From Candidatus Binatia bacterium (lineage in GTDB: Bacteria; Desulfobacterota; Binatia; UBA9968; JAJDTQ01): 64,000 nt of DNA. Below are positions 62,753 to 64,000 of this stretch, piece after piece. The number at the start of each line of letters is the position of its first letter. Within the stretch, counting starts at the first letter, position 1. Made by a program: the position numbers and the translations under genes. The stretch lies in NCBI GenBank assembly GCA_963666515.2, contig OY762897.2:4480001-4544000 (forward strand). Direction: 5' to 3'. Under the pieces are notes generated by a model, which ran no database searches, had not been told where the DNA came from, and saw only the letters and a list, made by a program, of their open reading frames with translations.

Positions 62753-64000
62753 ATGGCGGAACTGATCGATCAAGTAGAATTCACCAGCCTTTTTTGTGCG
62801 CGGCCGCAGAACTTTGCTTGGTTCCTGGGCGCAGGAGCGTCGCGATCGGCAGGATTGCCCACAGCTACGGACATTATATGGGATCTGAAGCGTCGTCACT
62901 ATTGCCGGGAGGAAAATCAGGAGATCGCGCGACAGGACATCCAGAATGAGGCGGTTCAGGCACGTATCCAGAGCTTCATGGATGCACGGGGCTTTCCGGC
63001 TCAGTGGGCGGAGGACGAGTACGCGACGTATTTCGAAAAGATTTTCGGTGCCGACAAAGAGCGTCAGCGACGTTACCTGAAAGGTATCCTCTCCGAGGAG
63101 CGAGTTTCTCTTTCAGTCGGCAATAGGGTCCTCGGCGCGCTCATGTCATCAGGGCTAACCCGGGTTGTCTTTACAACCAACTTTGACAGCGTTGTCGAAA
63201 AGTCCGTCGCGGAAGTGGCTGGGATGTCGCTTTCGGCCTTTCATCTTGACGGCTCTTGTGCTGCCAGTCAAGCGTTGAACAACGAAGAATTTCCGGTCTA
63301 TTGCAAACTGCACGGCGATTTTCGATACGACAGTATCAAGAATCTGCCGGTTGATCTCGCCCAGCAGAGCGCCGAACTTGCGGCGTGCATGGTCAACGCG
63401 GGAGGGCGCTTCGGTTTTGTCGTCGCTGGCTATAGCGGACGCGACGCCAGTATCATGAAGCTGCTGCGCAGAGTACTGGACGGTGGCAACGCATTTCCAC
63501 ATGGCCTGTTCTGGACGGGCATCAAGGGTAGCGCGATTCCACATGCTGTTGACCAGCTTCTGCAAGAAGCCGGACAGAAGGGGGTCAACGCACGCTATGT
63601 CGAGATCGAGACATTCGATGCGCTGATGCTCCGTCTATGGCGAAACATCGACCAGAAGCTTCCCGACCTCAACTCGAAGGTGCAGAAAACAGGTTCGACT
63701 TCTGTGAATATCCCGTTGCCAGCAAGTGGTCGAGGCCAGCCACTCTTGCGCTTCAACGCGCTGCCAGTCCGCAGGCTTCCGGGGCGCTGCTTTTCCCTTT
63801 CGTTCAAGAGGCCAAAAGAATGGGCCGATCTGCGGGAAGCGCGCCGCGTGTCCAAGGGGAGGCTAATTCTAACGAAGGCGGACGCCGTCTGGTGCTGGGG
63901 GGAGAGGGAGAAGATCACCGCACAGTTCGGTGACGATCTTGTTTCGATATCGGAAACGGATGTTCCGTCAGATTTCATGACGCCGGGAAACCTGCACATA
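62753..64000 (+). CDS. Sir2-APAZ NADase of a short prokaryotic Argonaute (SPARSA-type) system, 3'-partial
   Basis: Not in the ORF track because it has no stop in the window. 416 open codons: WFLGAGASRSAGLPTATDIIWDLK, VFTTNFD, KLHGDFRY, GYSGRD, NAFPHGLFW, then PLP..G...P.LR.NALPV. Confidence 0.85.
   Translation, partial: MAELIDQVEFTSLFCARPQNFAWFLGAGASRSAGLPTATDIIWDLKRRHYCREENQEIARQDIQNEAVQARIQSFMDARGFPAQWAEDEYATYFEKIFGADKERQRRYLKGILSEERVSLSVGNRVLGALMSSGLTRVVFTTNFDSVVEKSVAEVAGMSLSAFHLDGSCAASQALNNEEFPVYCKLHGDFRYDSIKNLPVDLAQQSAELAACMVNAGGRFGFVVAGYSGRDASIMKLLRRVLDGGNAFPHGLFWTGIKGSAIPHAVDQLLQEAGQKGVNARYVEIETFDALMLRLWRNIDQKLPDLNSKVQKTGSTSVNIPLPASGRGQPLLRFNALPVRRLPGRCFSLSFKRPKEWADLREARRVSKGRLILTKADAVWCWGEREKITAQFGDDLVSISETDVPSDFMTPGNLHI

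Overview
High-GC bacterial chromosomal window. Gene content and order suggest a deltaproteobacterium-like lineage, possibly Ca. Binatia; this is inference only. Bases 1-15.5 kb are housekeeping: pheT (partial), pheS, rplT, rpmI, infC (AUA start), thrS, tRNA-Val(GAC), hflX, dnaE, guaA, guaB and comM. Bases 15.6-31.7 kb hold a ParDE toxin-antitoxin (TA) pair, a sigma54-driven small gene, and an unusual catabolic cluster: etfBA, a lone PaaA-like diiron protein, two DUF1989 genes, two M20-family hydrolases, an ABC importer with three tandem paralogous binding proteins, pyrR and pyrE. Bases 31.7-46.2 kb hold fabH/fabF, a deacetylase, a TIR gene plus a TIR stub, tatA/B-tatC, an acyl-CoA carboxylase, GDPD, HEAT, pgeF, NUDIX, bioB and rpoZ. 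That stretch also contains an unannotated ~160-nt transcription unit encoding a 12-aa CxC peptide. Bases 46.2-64 kb are accessory: an AlbA_2 / pRiA4b / REase-HEPN cassette, lsrF with a Zn-dehydrogenase, MazEF, hydrolase-hydrolase-LLM monooxygenase, Fic, two AbiE modules, TA debris and a Rieske oxygenase. The window ends in the 5' part of a Sir2-APAZ gene typical of short prokaryotic Argonaute (SPARSA) systems, which the ORF track missed. All calls come from motif recognition by eye; no searches were run.
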